Virus record (IMG/VR): IMGVR_UViG_3300047089_000307
Coordinates: 64,001-128,000 of that record
From: a virus
Length of the DNA stretch: 64,000 nucleotides
Strand: one strand, 5' to 3'
The position numbers and the translations under genes were made by a program. Positions 19,935 through 30,626 of the stretch are shown here, one piece after another; position 1 is the stretch's first letter, and each line of letters opens with the position of its first letter. A model generated the notes under the pieces. That model was not told the DNA's origin and searched no databases. It saw only the letters and a program-made list of their open reading frames with translations.

Positions 19935-20981
19935 TCACTGGGTGACCTCCCCGGGCGGGACGCACGCGAGCATGCCCTTGAGGGTCGCGAAGACCCGGGC
20001 CTCGGGGTACATGAGGCCGAGCAGCTCCATGATGACGCCCAGCCAGGCGTCTGCGCGCTGGCGGGATTCCGCTATCTCCCGCTCGCGGTCCCCGGCCCCC
20101 TCGGCGGACAGCTCCGGGACCGCGGGCTCATACGGCGAGAGCTGCTGCCACGAGCCGTAGTACGGTCCCGGGACCGGGTCCGGGGTGGCGGCGACGTCGA
20201 TGGTGAACGCCGGCACCAGGGCGATGATCCGGCCCTTCTGCGCGCGGAATCCCTTGGAGCCGATCACCACCCGGCCGGTGCCCTCCATGATGCCGAACAC
20301 CGGGAGCTTGTCGTGCCAGGTCTGGTCGGCCATCTTCCAGTAGCCCCAGAAGCCGCAGCCGCACGAGCCCTTGCGCACGGGGTCGTACTCGACCGGCGGC
20401 TCGTGATCCTGGAAGTTCTTGCACCGGGCCTCCACGATGCCAGGCGGCCAGGCGAACCCGGTGACGCCGGTCAGCAGCGGGGGCTCGCTGCCCGGATGCC
20501 ACAGGGCCTCGGTGCAGGGCCGCTGGTCGGTGGCCATGATGGTGTGCAGCAGGGAGTCGAACGGCAGCTTCCACTGCCTCAGCCCGTGCACGCTGCCGAT
20601 GGCGAGCTCGTAATCGTCGCTGCCCTTGGCCCTGGCCCCGTCGAACCCCGTGACGCCGCCGTTCCCCAGCCGGGAGCCCTGCGCGGGGAAGCCGAAGAGG
20701 CTCGCGAGCGACGCTGAGGACGCGGTCGTCCCGGAGAAGGTCCCGCTGGCCTTCCTGATCGTGATGCTCACGCACTCCGTGCACAGGCAGTGCCCCGGCC
20801 CCGGGGTCGTGCCGCATGAGCCTGTGCACGTGCAGGCCGGGTTCTTCCGGCCGGGACAGGCAGCCTGGGTCATGCCCGTCTTTCCCTTTCTCGGCGTGCG
20901 CGTCACCCAGTGCAGGGCCGTCCCCCAGACGAGGATGAAGACCGCGAACTGGATGATGCGCATGATGGTCGTCACTGTCAC
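19935..20981 (-). CDS. Conserved hypothetical phage protein (CxCG-aromatic family)
   Basis: G.RQW, ARC...HEPP...CGCGFW and G.V.IG.KGFRA motifs. Confidence 0.55.
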   Translation of the reverse strand: MTVTTIMRIIQFAVFILVWGTALHWVTRTPRKGKTGMTQAACPGRKNPACTCTGSCGTTPGPGHCLCTECVSITIRKASGTFSGTTASSASLASLFGFPAQGSRLGNGGVTGFDGARAKGSDDYELAIGSVHGLRQWKLPFDSLLHTIMATDQRPCTEALWHPGSEPPLLTGVTGFAWPPGIVEARCKNFQDHEPPVEYDPVRKGSCGCGFWGYWKMADQTWHDKLPVFGIMEGTGRVVIGSKGFRAQKGRIIALVPAFTIDVAATPDPVPGPYYGSWQQLSPYEPAVPELSAEGAGDREREIAESRQRADAWLGVIMELLGLMYPEARVFATLKGMLACVPPGEVTQ

Positions 20982-21112
20982 GCCGGAACTTCCTCCGGCA
21001 CCCGCACTGGCTCAATGACAGGCTCTGGCGTGATCTCAGGTACCGGCTCGGTGGCCGGCATCGGCTCCAGGATGCGCCGCTTCAGTGGCTCGTCAGTCCC
21101 GATGTCTCCCAT
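20978..21112 (-). CDS. 44 aa Glu/Pro-rich peptide
   Basis: Manual translation MGDIGTDEPLKRRILEPMPATEPVPEITPEPVIEPVRVPEEVPA; strong AAAGGAGG RBS; stop overlaps the next start. Confidence 0.6.
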   Translation of the reverse strand: MGDIGTDEPLKRRILEPMPATEPVPEITPEPVIEPVRVPEEVPA

Positions 21113-21513
21113 GCTCTCTTCCTCCTTTCCTGTCATCATGCCGCCCGGGGCGGCTGGCGGAGCAGCAGGACGACGTCAGCCATCATTGTGAAAGAGGTAC
21201 AGCACTGACGTGCACCCCATGCAGATATGGCTGAACTCGCCCGGCTTCAGGCTCGCGGCAGGCTCGGACCCGATCGCGCCGTGGCGGCGGTGCCACCACA
21301 GCCACAGGCGCTCGCTCAGCCGCCGCCAGCGCTCAGCCATCGGCTGCCGGGTCCTCCTCGTCCGTCACTGACGTGCGCGAGTGCGGGTCCGGGACGATGC
21401 GACCGTGCTTGAGGATGTGCCTGGCCCAGCGGTCGTGCCGCACCAGCTGGCCGCAGTCGGAGCAGATATGGCTGCGCACCCCTGTCACCTGCCCTTCCGT
21501 GCCTCGGATGTAC

Positions 21514-21529
21514 TAGTCTCTTAGAGTAT
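21514..21529. promoter_or_regulatory. Repeated motif TAGTCTCTTAGAGTAT, putative promoter/operator
   Basis: Exact 16-mer recurs at 47480-47495 (minus); 11-mer core at 51588-51598 (minus). All three lie in intergenic regions. Confidence 0.5.
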
Positions 21530-21788
21530 CACATTCGCCGGGAAAGCCGCCTGGCCTGCTAGTAGCATAGACTCCTGGAGACTCTTACACAGTCCGGGAG
21601 ATGCTGATGATCTGTCCCGCGTGCCGGGAGCGCAAGCACGGTGACTGCCCCGAGCTGGCTCGCCAGAAGGCCCTGAACGGCATTGCCGTCCTGGGGTCAC
21701 AGTGGTGCGAGTGCCAGCACAAGGGCGCTGACCTCCAGTCGCCATCCATGCTCCAGCCGGTGTCCTCCAGCGATGATGAGGGCGGGGC

Positions 21789-22121
21789 GTGAGCGGCGAG
21801 CCCAGGCCGCGCCTGTCGGTGACGGTCACGCCCGGCAGCCGCCTGGAGGACCTGATGGCGCGCTACGACATGCTGAAGGCCGAGTACGAGGAGGCCAAGG
21901 CGAGGTGGGAGGAGCTGACGGGCGCGATCAAGGCCGAGGGGACCGCCGCGAGCCCTGGCGTCACGGCGATGACGCTGGCGGGCCCCCCGGGAATGCCGGC
22001 GCTCAGCCTCACGTACGTCGAGTCCTGGCGGCTGGACAGCAAGCGGCTCAAGGAAGAGGACCCGCGCAAGTACGTGCAGTACGCGAAGAAGAGCGCGCAC
22101 TGGGAGCTGCGCGCACTATGA
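21789..22121 (+). CDS. Hypothetical coiled-coil phage protein
   Basis: Coiled coil followed by SWRLDSKRLKEEDP..Y.QY, resembling recombinase-associated C-terminal domains. Confidence 0.5.
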   Translation: MSGEPRPRLSVTVTPGSRLEDLMARYDMLKAEYEEAKARWEELTGAIKAEGTAASPGVTAMTLAGPPGMPALSLTYVESWRLDSKRLKEEDPRKYVQYAKKSAHWELRAL

Positions 22122-22434
22122 AGGACCTCACCGGTCAGGGACCCAGTCGTGGGTAACCGGGCGAAGGACGACCTGGAGCCGTGCGGGACCCCGGCCGCGT
22201 ACAAGCGCCATCAGCGGCACGGTGAGGACGTGACCCTGTGCCCGCCCTGCCGCCAGGCCGAGAGCGTGCGCTGCAAGGGGAACGGCTCCGCGCAGCGACG
22301 GCAGGAGCGCATGGGCCCCGTCTGGCGGGAGCGCTACGCGGCCGGCCGCGCCGCCGGGCTGTCCAGCCGGGACGCGCACTCGTACTCGCGCAATAGCGCC
22401 TGGAGCGACCCTCAGGAGTGGAAGGACAGCCGCG

Positions 22435-22770
22435 ATGACGCCCGGTGAGCTGGCTGCCGTGAAGGCAGTTGACGAGTGGATCGACGCCGGCGCCTCCGCG
22501 GAGTACCAGGCGCAGCCGCTGGCCCTGCAATGGCTGCGGGTCGGCAAGCTGGCGGAAGAGGAAGGCGAGTCCATCGCGGAGCTGATCTCCGCCACCGGGG
22601 GGAATCCCCGCAAGCCGCATGACCCCGCGGCGCTGGACCGGCTGCTGAAGGAGCTGGCCGACCGGGCGTGGACTGCCATCCTGGCCATTCAGCACTGCAC
22701 GAAGGACACCGCGCGCACGGACGAGGTGCTGGGCGAGGTCCTGGCCAAGATCCGGTCCCGGGTGCCGTGA
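22435..22770 (+). CDS. MazG-like nucleotide pyrophosphohydrolase
   Basis: KLAEEEGE...G.NPRK...KELAD. Confidence 0.75.
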   Translation: MTPGELAAVKAVDEWIDAGASAEYQAQPLALQWLRVGKLAEEEGESIAELISATGGNPRKPHDPAALDRLLKELADRAWTAILAIQHCTKDTARTDEVLGEVLAKIRSRVP

Positions 22771-23008
22771 CGTCGCCGCCGCCGATGCCCCCGAAGTCCA
22801 GCGACGCCTACCTGTGGTGGTCGCTGGGGTCCCTTGACGAGGCCCGGTCCCGGGATGAGTCCCTGTCCCCGCAGGCGAGGGAGCTTCGCGAGGTCCTGGA
22901 GGCACTGGCCCGCGGCCGGCACGGAAGGCAGCCCGTCCTGGCCCGGGACCTCGTTATCACGCTGGCCAACATGTACGCCCCCGATGCCCTGCGGCGCAGG
23001 CACCGGTC

Positions 23009-23323
23009 ATGACCCTCCTGAAAGGAACGACCATGCAGGTGATGATGCCTGTCGGCTGGCGCAAGTCCAGTCACAGCAACCCGAACGGAGCGTGCGTGGA
23101 AGCCGCCAGCTGGCGTAAGTCCGCCAGGTCCAACAGCCAGGGAGCGTGCGTGGAGGCGGCAGCCTACCGCAAGAGCACGCACAGCAATTCGAGTGGCCGC
23201 GGAGAGGCCGGGGGCTGCCCTGGCATCGTCGGCGTCCGGGACAGCAAGCCTGGTGCGGCCAGCCTGGTGCTGGAATTCAGCCCCGGTGCCTGGGCCGCGT
23301 TCACGACCAGGCTGAAGGGATAA
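23009..23323 (+). CDS. DUF397 protein with triplicated motif
   Basis: Three (W/Y)RKS..S units, VGVRDSK and W.AF. Confidence 0.85.
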   Translation: MTLLKGTTMQVMMPVGWRKSSHSNPNGACVEAASWRKSARSNSQGACVEAAAYRKSTHSNSSGRGEAGGCPGIVGVRDSKPGAASLVLEFSPGAWAAFTTRLKG

Positions 23324-23542
23324 TGCCATGCTGAGCGTTGCCTGCGATGAGTGCGGCCACCTGATTACCGGCGTAGTTCACGCGCGGGGCACCATGCGCG
23401 TCCGGGACGGCGAGCTGCGCCTTGCCTCGGCTACGATGCACTACCACTGGCCGTGCCTGCTGGCCTGGGGCACCCGGACAGCGGTCCAGGAGAAGATCAC
23501 GGTTCCCATGTCCGCTGCCCGCTTACCTGGCAGGAGCTGCTC

Positions 23543-24358
23543 ATGACGATCACCCCCGCCGAGTTCATGTCCGCCGCCCCCCGGGGGATGGAGGGAAACT
23601 CGGAATGGAGCAGCCGTTACGCCCGGGAGCTGCGGGGGGTCATCACCCGGCAGGCAACGCTGGCGCCCCGGTCCCAGCAGGTGCACCTCGGTCCCTCCGA
23701 GATCGGGGTCGAGTGCGATAAGCAGGTAGTCGGCAAGCTGGCGGGCATCACGCCGACCAACCACGTCAATGACCCGTGGCCATCGATCGTCGGCACGGCA
23801 GTGCACGCCTGGCTAGCTGCCGCCTTCCACGATGAGAACGTTCGTGAGCACGTCATCCGCTGGGCGGCGGAAGTCAAGGTCACTCCCCATCCGGACCACC
23901 CCGGGACTGCCGACTTGTACGACGCCTGGGAGCAGGCCGTCGTTGACCACAAGGTGCTCGGCGCAACGTCGCTGGCCAAGGTCAAGTCGCCGGCCGGGCC
24001 GTCGAGGAAGTACCGGGTCCAGCTGATCTTGTACGGTGCCGGGTTCCGTGCGCTCGGACTGCCCGTGCGGCGCGTGGTCCTGGCAGCGTATCCCCGGACG
24101 GCATCGACCCTGGACGGGATGTACGTCTGGGATCACGTGCTCACGCCCGAGGACGACGCGCTGGTAGTCAGCGTGCTGGAGCGCACGGCGACGCGAAAGC
24201 TAGTCGCGGCCGAGGTGATGGCCGGGCGGATGAGCCTGAATCAGGTTCCCATGACGCCTGACGACACAGAATGCTATTTCTGCTTCCTGTACCGGCCGCA
24301 GAGCTCCTACGATGGCGGCCCCGGCTGCCCGGGAACGATCACGAGAGGGCGAGGCTGA
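23543..24358 (+). CDS. Cas4-like / PD-(D/E)XK exonuclease
   Basis: GPSEIG..C, GTAVH, GTADLYD...VVDHK, Q..LYG and C-terminal C.FC...C. Confidence 0.8.
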   Translation: MTITPAEFMSAAPRGMEGNSEWSSRYARELRGVITRQATLAPRSQQVHLGPSEIGVECDKQVVGKLAGITPTNHVNDPWPSIVGTAVHAWLAAAFHDENVREHVIRWAAEVKVTPHPDHPGTADLYDAWEQAVVDHKVLGATSLAKVKSPAGPSRKYRVQLILYGAGFRALGLPVRRVVLAAYPRTASTLDGMYVWDHVLTPEDDALVVSVLERTATRKLVAAEVMAGRMSLNQVPMTPDDTECYFCFLYRPQSSYDGGPGCPGTITRGRG

Positions 24359-24786
24359 CCGGGACCTGCGCGAAGATCCGCTACCGCACGCTGCTGGACG
24401 CCCGGATAGCCCTGGCCCTCATGCCGGACGTGCGCGGGAACGGTACCGGGAAGCCCGGCTTGCAGCAGCGCGCTTACCGCTGCCCCGCATGCCGCGGGTA
24501 CCACCTGACCTCGCTGCCGAAGCGCGGGAAGCGCCGGTAACTTCCCGCTCCCATGCTCTCTCCCTGGTTACTGACCGTGAATGGCCTTGCGTGGCGCTGT
24601 CCGGCCCGCTGTGGCCATGAAGTCCTTGAGGTATGTAACCGTATCACCCGGTCTGAGTTCGGCCGCTCCGCGCTGCCCCGCGGATTTTCGCAGGTCAGGC
24701 ATGCCCCGGAAAACTGGCGTGCTGGCCAGCTGAATTCCCCGGCACGCGGCGGGCAGCCTCACTGCTGAGCGCCTCATCATGGGAGC

Positions 24787-25107
24787 ATGAACGACGAGAC
24801 GCTCCGGCGGCTGCTCCACGAGATGGAGTACCGCCTTACCGGGAAAATAGGAGAGATCATGGCATCGCAGGATGACATCAACGCAGCGGTAGCGCAGATC
24901 CAGGCCACCATGGCCGACGTCAGCGCTCAGGTGACCCAGCTCGGCGCGGACGCGCAGGCGATCAAGGACGCCATCGCCGCTCTGCCCGCCGGCGTCGACA
25001 CCACGGCGCTGAACGATGCCGTGACGCGGCTCGCGGGCACGCAGGCCGCCCTCGACACGGCAGTCAGCACCGTGACCGCGGCCGTGCCGCCCGCGCCTGC
25101 GGCCTGA
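24787..25107 (+). CDS. Hypothetical coiled-coil protein
   Basis: Ala-rich heptad pattern. Confidence 0.5.
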   Translation: MNDETLRRLLHEMEYRLTGKIGEIMASQDDINAAVAQIQATMADVSAQVTQLGADAQAIKDAIAALPAGVDTTALNDAVTRLAGTQAALDTAVSTVTAAVPPAPAA

Positions 25108-25187
25108 TCCGGCCATTCCGGGCCTTCGCGTGCACGTGCACGAGCTATCATGACAGCTCGGGGAACGTCAGCGAAGGAAGTATCTTC

Positions 25188-25409
25188 ATGGATACATGGC
25201 GCAAGAGCACGTACAGCGCGACAGGCAACTGCGTAGAAGCAGGCACCTGGCGCAAGGCCAGCTACAGCGTGCACAACGGCGGCTGCGTCGGCGCCGGGAC
25301 CGGGCCCGGCGTAGTCGGCGTCCGCGACACCCAGCTCGGCCAGGACAGCCCGGTCCTGGAGGTCAGCCCGGCCGCGTGGGCACGGTTCACCGGCAGCCTG
25401 AAGGGCTAG
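25188..25409 (+). CDS. DUF397 protein
   Basis: WRKSTYS...NCVE and VGVRDT. Confidence 0.85.
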   Translation: MDTWRKSTYSATGNCVEAGTWRKASYSVHNGGCVGAGTGPGVVGVRDTQLGQDSPVLEVSPAAWARFTGSLKG

Positions 25410-25473
25410 GCCCGCCCGGGACAAGGGGACAGCCCCGGCCATGAGACCGGGGCTGCCTGGTCGTAGCTCTTCA

Positions 25474-25611
25474 TCAGTGCGGGGTCTTCTCGTCGCGGCG
25501 CTGCGTGCGCGCCGGGTTGTTACGGGTCCTGCGGTGCTGGGCGGCGTACTTCGCGCACTTGTCCTTGTTCCGCCCGATCTTGCGGCCCTTGCTGGTCTTG
25601 CTTGCTGCCAT
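25474..25611 (-). CDS. 45 aa highly basic peptide
   Basis: Manual translation MAASKTSKGRKIGRNKDKCAKYAAQHRRTRNNPARTQRRDEKTPH; GGGGGTGA RBS. Confidence 0.5.
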   Translation of the reverse strand: MAASKTSKGRKIGRNKDKCAKYAAQHRRTRNNPARTQRRDEKTPH

Positions 25612-27070
25612 GGGGTGATCTCACCCCCTCTCATGCTCGCCTTACGGCCTGGGCATGAGATGCTGCTCGCTCCTCACGGGCGGGCTCCTTTCCGTTAGCG
25701 CCGGGGCAGCAGGACGCGCTGCGCCACGGCGTCAGGGTAGCTGCGCCGGATGCGCGGCTTACCGCGCTCGGCCTGGCTCCACGTTACCGAGACATTCCCG
25801 TCGCGCACGAGGCTGACGGTCCCGGTGGTCTCCTTGCTGAACAGCAGGCTCACCTGCTGCCCCGCCTTGAGCGTCATGATGTTCCTTCCCGGTCTTCGCG
25901 GGCGTCGGCGTGCCCGTGGTCGTAACCCCGGTAATAGGCATCTTCCAGGCTCGTGCGCAGCAGCAGCTTCTTCCACGGTGACCACGGCCGCAGTCCTTTC
26001 GCCACGTGGTCCAGCCATTCCCGGACAGCACTGCCCCGGTCTGCGTGGCCGCCTTCGTCCTTCACCGCGGTCTCCTACTTCGTGTTGCTGCCCGGCCGGT
26101 GCATGCGCATCTGGCCGCCGCCCTCCTGCTTACCGGGATTGGCCCTGGTGTCCGGGCCGTGCTCGTCAAACTTCGCCTGGCGCCGCTGGAGCCTCTTCAG
26201 CTGCTTGCGGCGCTTGATCCCGCCCAGTTTCGCTACCTCCTCCCGCGCTTTCCGCTACGGGGCCGTAGATGGCCCCGAGCCACCGGCTGACGGCGACCTG
26301 GTGACCCTCGCCCAGGGCATGGCGCCGGGCATCCTGGCACAGCGTGAGCCAGTCGCTCGACCAGCCCATGAGGTCCGGTGACGGCAGCTCACCGCACTCC
26401 CGGCAGGCCACCCGGACGCCAGTGGCTGTATGCCGCAGCGTGGCGCCATCCTGGTATGGCTCACCCCGCTCGCGAATCTCCGTGGCGAGGTCCCCGAACG
26501 GGGAGTCGTCCCGGTCATCACCGTTCGGTTGCGTTGGGTTTGCGGCGGCAGCCATGGCGCCGAGCGCGCCGAGGATGAGGCGGGCGGCCTGCTGGTCGCT
26601 GACGCGCGTCCAGCCGTGGCCGCGCAGGCGGTGCTCATGGTCGTAGCGCTGGGCGGCGTTGATGAGCCTGCCTAGTTCCTCCTCGGTCACCCGCCCTGCC
26701 TTACCTCGGTCATCTTGGCTTCGATTGCTGTCATGCACTCCTCGCCGAGCGTGTCCTCGGTGCTGCTGGCAACGGCCCAGATCCAGCGCTCCAGGACGTT
26801 ACTGAACGTCTCGGGCGCTTTGAACCAGACGTTCTTCCCGTAGACCGCCTCCATGTACCGGCGTGCCTGCTCACGAGCCTTATCCACCTGGCTGCTCCTC
26901 TTGCTCACTGTCTTCCGCGTGCTCAGCATTCCCTCCTCTGGGTCTGTTGCAGTATATCACTTGTTTTCCTTCCCCCGTCCTGACGGCAGGAGTAGCGTAC
27001 GTACTCCGGGCACGCCGGGAGGCGCCCCGTCCCTGACAATGACACTGGCACTGGCAAGGACAAGGCACCC

Positions 27071-28150
27071 ATGACGTACCCGCAGCAGCCGTACTACCCT
27101 CCCCAGGCCCCGGCCCCGCAGCAGCCGTACTACCCTCCCCAGGCCCCGGCCCCGCAGCAGCCGTACTACCCTCCCCAGGGCCCGCCCTCGTACGCGCCCC
27201 CGCAGCAGCAGCAGCCGTACTACCAGCACCCTGCTGAGCCCCTTCCTCCTCCCGCTCCTGTGCCCACCGGAACGATCGATGAGTTCTACAACCAGCCCGT
27301 GGGGTCGGGCAAGTCGCTGACCTTTGACAAGAAGCCGGTCGGCTTCACGTACGCCGGCGTCGTCTCGCGCACCATCACCGGGGCTGACATCCAGGCGCAG
27401 ACCGACATGCGCGACCGGCGCATCATCCTCAAGCACCCGGACGGGCGCGTCAAGTACGTGATGGTCGTCCCGCTCCAGATGCAGCCCTCCGCAGAATTCC
27501 CTGACGGCCGCGCCGCCTGGTACGTCAAGGGCGCGGACCGCAGCGAGCTGGAGGCCGCGATGGAGCGGGCCGGCTGCAAGCCCGGCACTCCCCCGGAGAT
27601 GGGCGCGGTCGTCACCATCCGGTACATGGGCGAGCGCCCCATTCCCGGGCTGAACGCGCAGAAGATGAAGCAGGTCACCTACCAGCGGCCGAGCGGGAAC
27701 GGCCAGGCTCCCCCCGCCGCTGAGGTGCCGGCTCCTGCCCAGGCAAACGGGGCTGATCCTTACGCCCAGCCGCAGTTCACCGTCACCGGGCCGAACGGGG
27801 AGCAAACGTACGTTCCTCCCCAGTATGTGCAGCAGCAGCCGCAACAGTACGCGCAGGCTGCACCTCCCCAGCAGTACGCGCAGCCGGCATCGCCGCAGCA
27901 GTACGCGCAGCCGGCACCGCCGCAGCAGTACGCGCAGCCGGCACCGCCGCAGCAGTACGCACAGCCGGCCACCCCGGCGCAGGCACCCCAGCAGTACGCA
28001 CAGCCGGCCACCCCGGCGCAGGCACCCCAGCAGTACGCACAGCCGGCCACCCCGGCGCAGGCACCCCAGCAGGCTCCCGCCATGGGCCAGGTTCCCGACC
28101 TGGACTCCGACCAGCTGGCCCTGCTGGCCCGGCTGACCCAGCAGGGCTGA
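27071..28150 (+). CDS. ssDNA-binding protein-like core flanked by Pro/Gln/Tyr repeats
   Basis: OB-like core typical of actinophage SSBs (Q.TD...PDG..K...WYVKG...G..VTIRY.GE); lies between the nuclease and helicase genes. Confidence 0.6.
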   Translation: MTYPQQPYYPPQAPAPQQPYYPPQAPAPQQPYYPPQGPPSYAPPQQQQPYYQHPAEPLPPPAPVPTGTIDEFYNQPVGSGKSLTFDKKPVGFTYAGVVSRTITGADIQAQTDMRDRRIILKHPDGRVKYVMVVPLQMQPSAEFPDGRAAWYVKGADRSELEAAMERAGCKPGTPPEMGAVVTIRYMGERPIPGLNAQKMKQVTYQRPSGNGQAPPAAEVPAPAQANGADPYAQPQFTVTGPNGEQTYVPPQYVQQQPQQYAQAAPPQQYAQPASPQQYAQPAPPQQYAQPAPPQQYAQPATPAQAPQQYAQPATPAQAPQQYAQPATPAQAPQQAPAMGQVPDLDSDQLALLARLTQQG

Positions 28151-28272
28151 GCCGTGTGTGATTTCTGCGCAGTCGGCAGCCATAGCCGCTGCACGAATTC
28201 CTACACCGATGGGGACGGCGTAGCGCGCTGCTGCTGCGGAAACGAGAAGTAGGGCGCTCCGCGTCAACTACC

Positions 28273-28310
28273 GCCCCCGGTTCCTGCTGCGATCAGGAAC
28301 CGGGGGCTTT
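28273..28310 (+). terminator. Intrinsic terminator
   Basis: GCCCCCGGTTCCTG...CAGGAACCGGGGGC followed by TTT. Confidence 0.75.
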
Positions 28311-28747
28311 CCCGTTTGCCGGGCCTGAGACCCTGAGATACTCAGGGCAGCGAAGGGAGGCCGTCATGGGCCTGGAGCAGCGCGTGCGCGCGTACCGCAG
28401 GAGCGCGCGGGACAGCTTTTACCGCTGGCAGGCGGAATACGGGAACGCGCCCGGCGTCACCAGCTGGCGGATGCTGATCGCCAGGAAGTTCGGCATCTCC
28501 ATCGCGCAGGTGCACCGGATACTGGGCGAGGAGGAGAAGCGGTGACCAGCGGCATCCGGGCCGGGGACTTCGCGGTGACGGGGCAGCAGCCCGCGCCAGT
28601 CCCGGGCTACGACCCGGTAGAGATCCGGTGCACGCACTGCGGGACGTCCGCCATGCCCGCCGCGCGCGGGATCGCCGGGGACTGCCTCCTGCTCAGCGAC
28701 CTGCTGGACTGGGCAGGCGCGCACCAGTGCCCTCCGCCGAGCGTGAC

Positions 28748-30493
28748 GTGACCGCCGGCGTCTTCGGCGAGATCTCCGGCGACGGCGCCCACGTCGTCGT
28801 GATCGCCAGCGGGGACGACCACGAGGTGAAGCAGGCCGCCACGGCGATGCGCAAGATGACGCCGCTGTTCGAGGGCAGCAAGCCGCCGGGGGCGCTGATC
28901 GGGCCGCTGACCTGGGCCACGGTCTGCCAGCTGGGGCATACCTTCTCCGGCAACACCCTCGGCCGGTGGGTACCGGGCCCGCGGCTGACGGAGTGGATCA
29001 CCGCGGAGCTGCTGCGGCGGGCCGGCGCGGGCCAGGAGGAGCGGGAGCCGCTGAAGCTGCCGGAGGGCCTGGAGCCGAGGCCGTACCAGGACGAGGCCGC
29101 GCGGATGATCGGGACGGGAGGAAAATTCCTCTTGTTTGACGACCCCGGCACCGGCAAGACGGTCTCCGCCCTGCTCGGGCTGCTGGAGCGCCAGGCGCGC
29201 GGGCACGAGATCTTCCCGATGGTGGTGGTCGTGCCGTCCTGGGACGTCGGCGACGTGTGGGCGCGGCACGCCCAGGCGTGGGCGCCGGCCTGGCCGCAGC
29301 CGGTCATGTACGGCGGGAAGGACCGGCGGCTGGGCTGGGGCGGGCTGGCGATCACTACCTACGCCACCGCCCGGCTGGACGCCGCCGACGTCAAGGGGCC
29401 GCTGGCCCGGCTGAAGGCGAAGTCGGTCATCGCGGACGAGGTGCACTACGCCAAGAACCAGTCCAGTCTCCAGTCCCAGGCGCTGCGGCGCATCTCCCAG
29501 CACGCGGGGACCTTCCTCGGGCTGTCCGGGACGCCGATCACCCGGGACACCGGGGACATCCACCCCACGCTGTCGGCAATGGACCCGCTGAGCTGGCCGG
29601 ACCGCAAGCGCATGGTCAAGCGGTACTGCATGACGACGGACGGCGAGTACGAGGACAAGATCGAGGGCCTGAACCCCATGATGGAGCCGGAGTTCCGCGC
29701 CGTGCTGATGGGCCAGTACCGCCGGGTCGCCAAGGCGGACGTGCTGGACCAGCTGCCGCCGAAGGTCTACAGCGTGCGCCGGGTGGAAATGCCGCCGGAG
29801 TGGCGCAAGGCGTACGACGGCATGGCCGCGCAGATGCTCGCCGACCTGCCGGACGGCGAGGAGCTGGAGGTGATGAGCGTCCTGGCCCAGCTCACCCGGC
29901 TGAGCCAGCTGGCCAGCTCCGCCTGCGACGTCAAGGTCACCGTGGACTACGACCCGGAGACAGGCGAGGAGAAGAAGCACTACGAGGTCACGCTGAAGGC
30001 GCCGTCCTGGAAGGTGGACGCGCTGCTAGAGGTGCTGTCCGAGCGCAAGGGCCGGCAGGTCGTGGTGTTCAGCGTCTCCCGCCAGCTGGCCGACATCGCG
30101 GGCGCGGCCTGCCAGGAGGCCGGGTACCGGTGCGGCTACATCACCGGCAGCCAGTCCAAGAGCGCTCGCAAGGATGACATTGACGCCTTCCAGGCCGGGA
30201 AGCTGGACGTCATGATCGCCACCGCCGGCGCAGGGAGCCTGGGCATCACGCTGACCGCGGCGGGCACGGCGGTATTCCTCCAGCGCTCCTGGCAGCTGGA
30301 CCAGGCCATCCAGGCCGAGGACCGGCTGCACCGCATCGGGCAGGAGAACGACTGCGTGGAGATCATCGACATCATCGCGCTCGCCACGGTGGACGACCGG
30401 GTGCGCGAGCTGCTGCGGATCAAGGGCGGCCAGCTCAGCCAGCTCATCCGGGACCCCCGCATCGCGAGGGAACTGCTCGGCGGCTTGCGGTGA
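28748..30493 (+). CDS. SNF2-family (SF2) helicase
   Basis: RPYQ, DDPGTGKT, DEVH, LSGTP, GITLT and QAEDRLHRIGQ. Confidence 0.92.
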   Translation: MTAGVFGEISGDGAHVVVIASGDDHEVKQAATAMRKMTPLFEGSKPPGALIGPLTWATVCQLGHTFSGNTLGRWVPGPRLTEWITAELLRRAGAGQEEREPLKLPEGLEPRPYQDEAARMIGTGGKFLLFDDPGTGKTVSALLGLLERQARGHEIFPMVVVVPSWDVGDVWARHAQAWAPAWPQPVMYGGKDRRLGWGGLAITTYATARLDAADVKGPLARLKAKSVIADEVHYAKNQSSLQSQALRRISQHAGTFLGLSGTPITRDTGDIHPTLSAMDPLSWPDRKRMVKRYCMTTDGEYEDKIEGLNPMMEPEFRAVLMGQYRRVAKADVLDQLPPKVYSVRRVEMPPEWRKAYDGMAAQMLADLPDGEELEVMSVLAQLTRLSQLASSACDVKVTVDYDPETGEEKKHYEVTLKAPSWKVDALLEVLSERKGRQVVVFSVSRQLADIAGAACQEAGYRCGYITGSQSKSARKDDIDAFQAGKLDVMIATAGAGSLGITLTAAGTAVFLQRSWQLDQAIQAEDRLHRIGQENDCVEIIDIIALATVDDRVRELLRIKGGQLSQLIRDPRIARELLGGLR

Positions 30494-30626
30494 GCCAGGA
30501 GGACAGGGAGCGGCTGATGTCCCGCAGCTTCTTCCGCGCGGACCACTTCGGGCGCTGCTGGCGGGAGACTGACTGGTCGCGCCCCCATGACTACGCCGCG
30601 CAGCTCACGTCCCGGGGATTCAAGGT

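Noticed and set aside
23543-24358. Cas4-like gene as part of the array system
   Set aside because: It lies about 25 kb away in a recombination/replication operon, where such nucleases are routine in actinophages.
25659-25673. GATGCTGCTCGCTCC, resembling the array's conserved repeat
   Set aside because: The match is short and gapped with no GGY-NN context, so it is probably chance.
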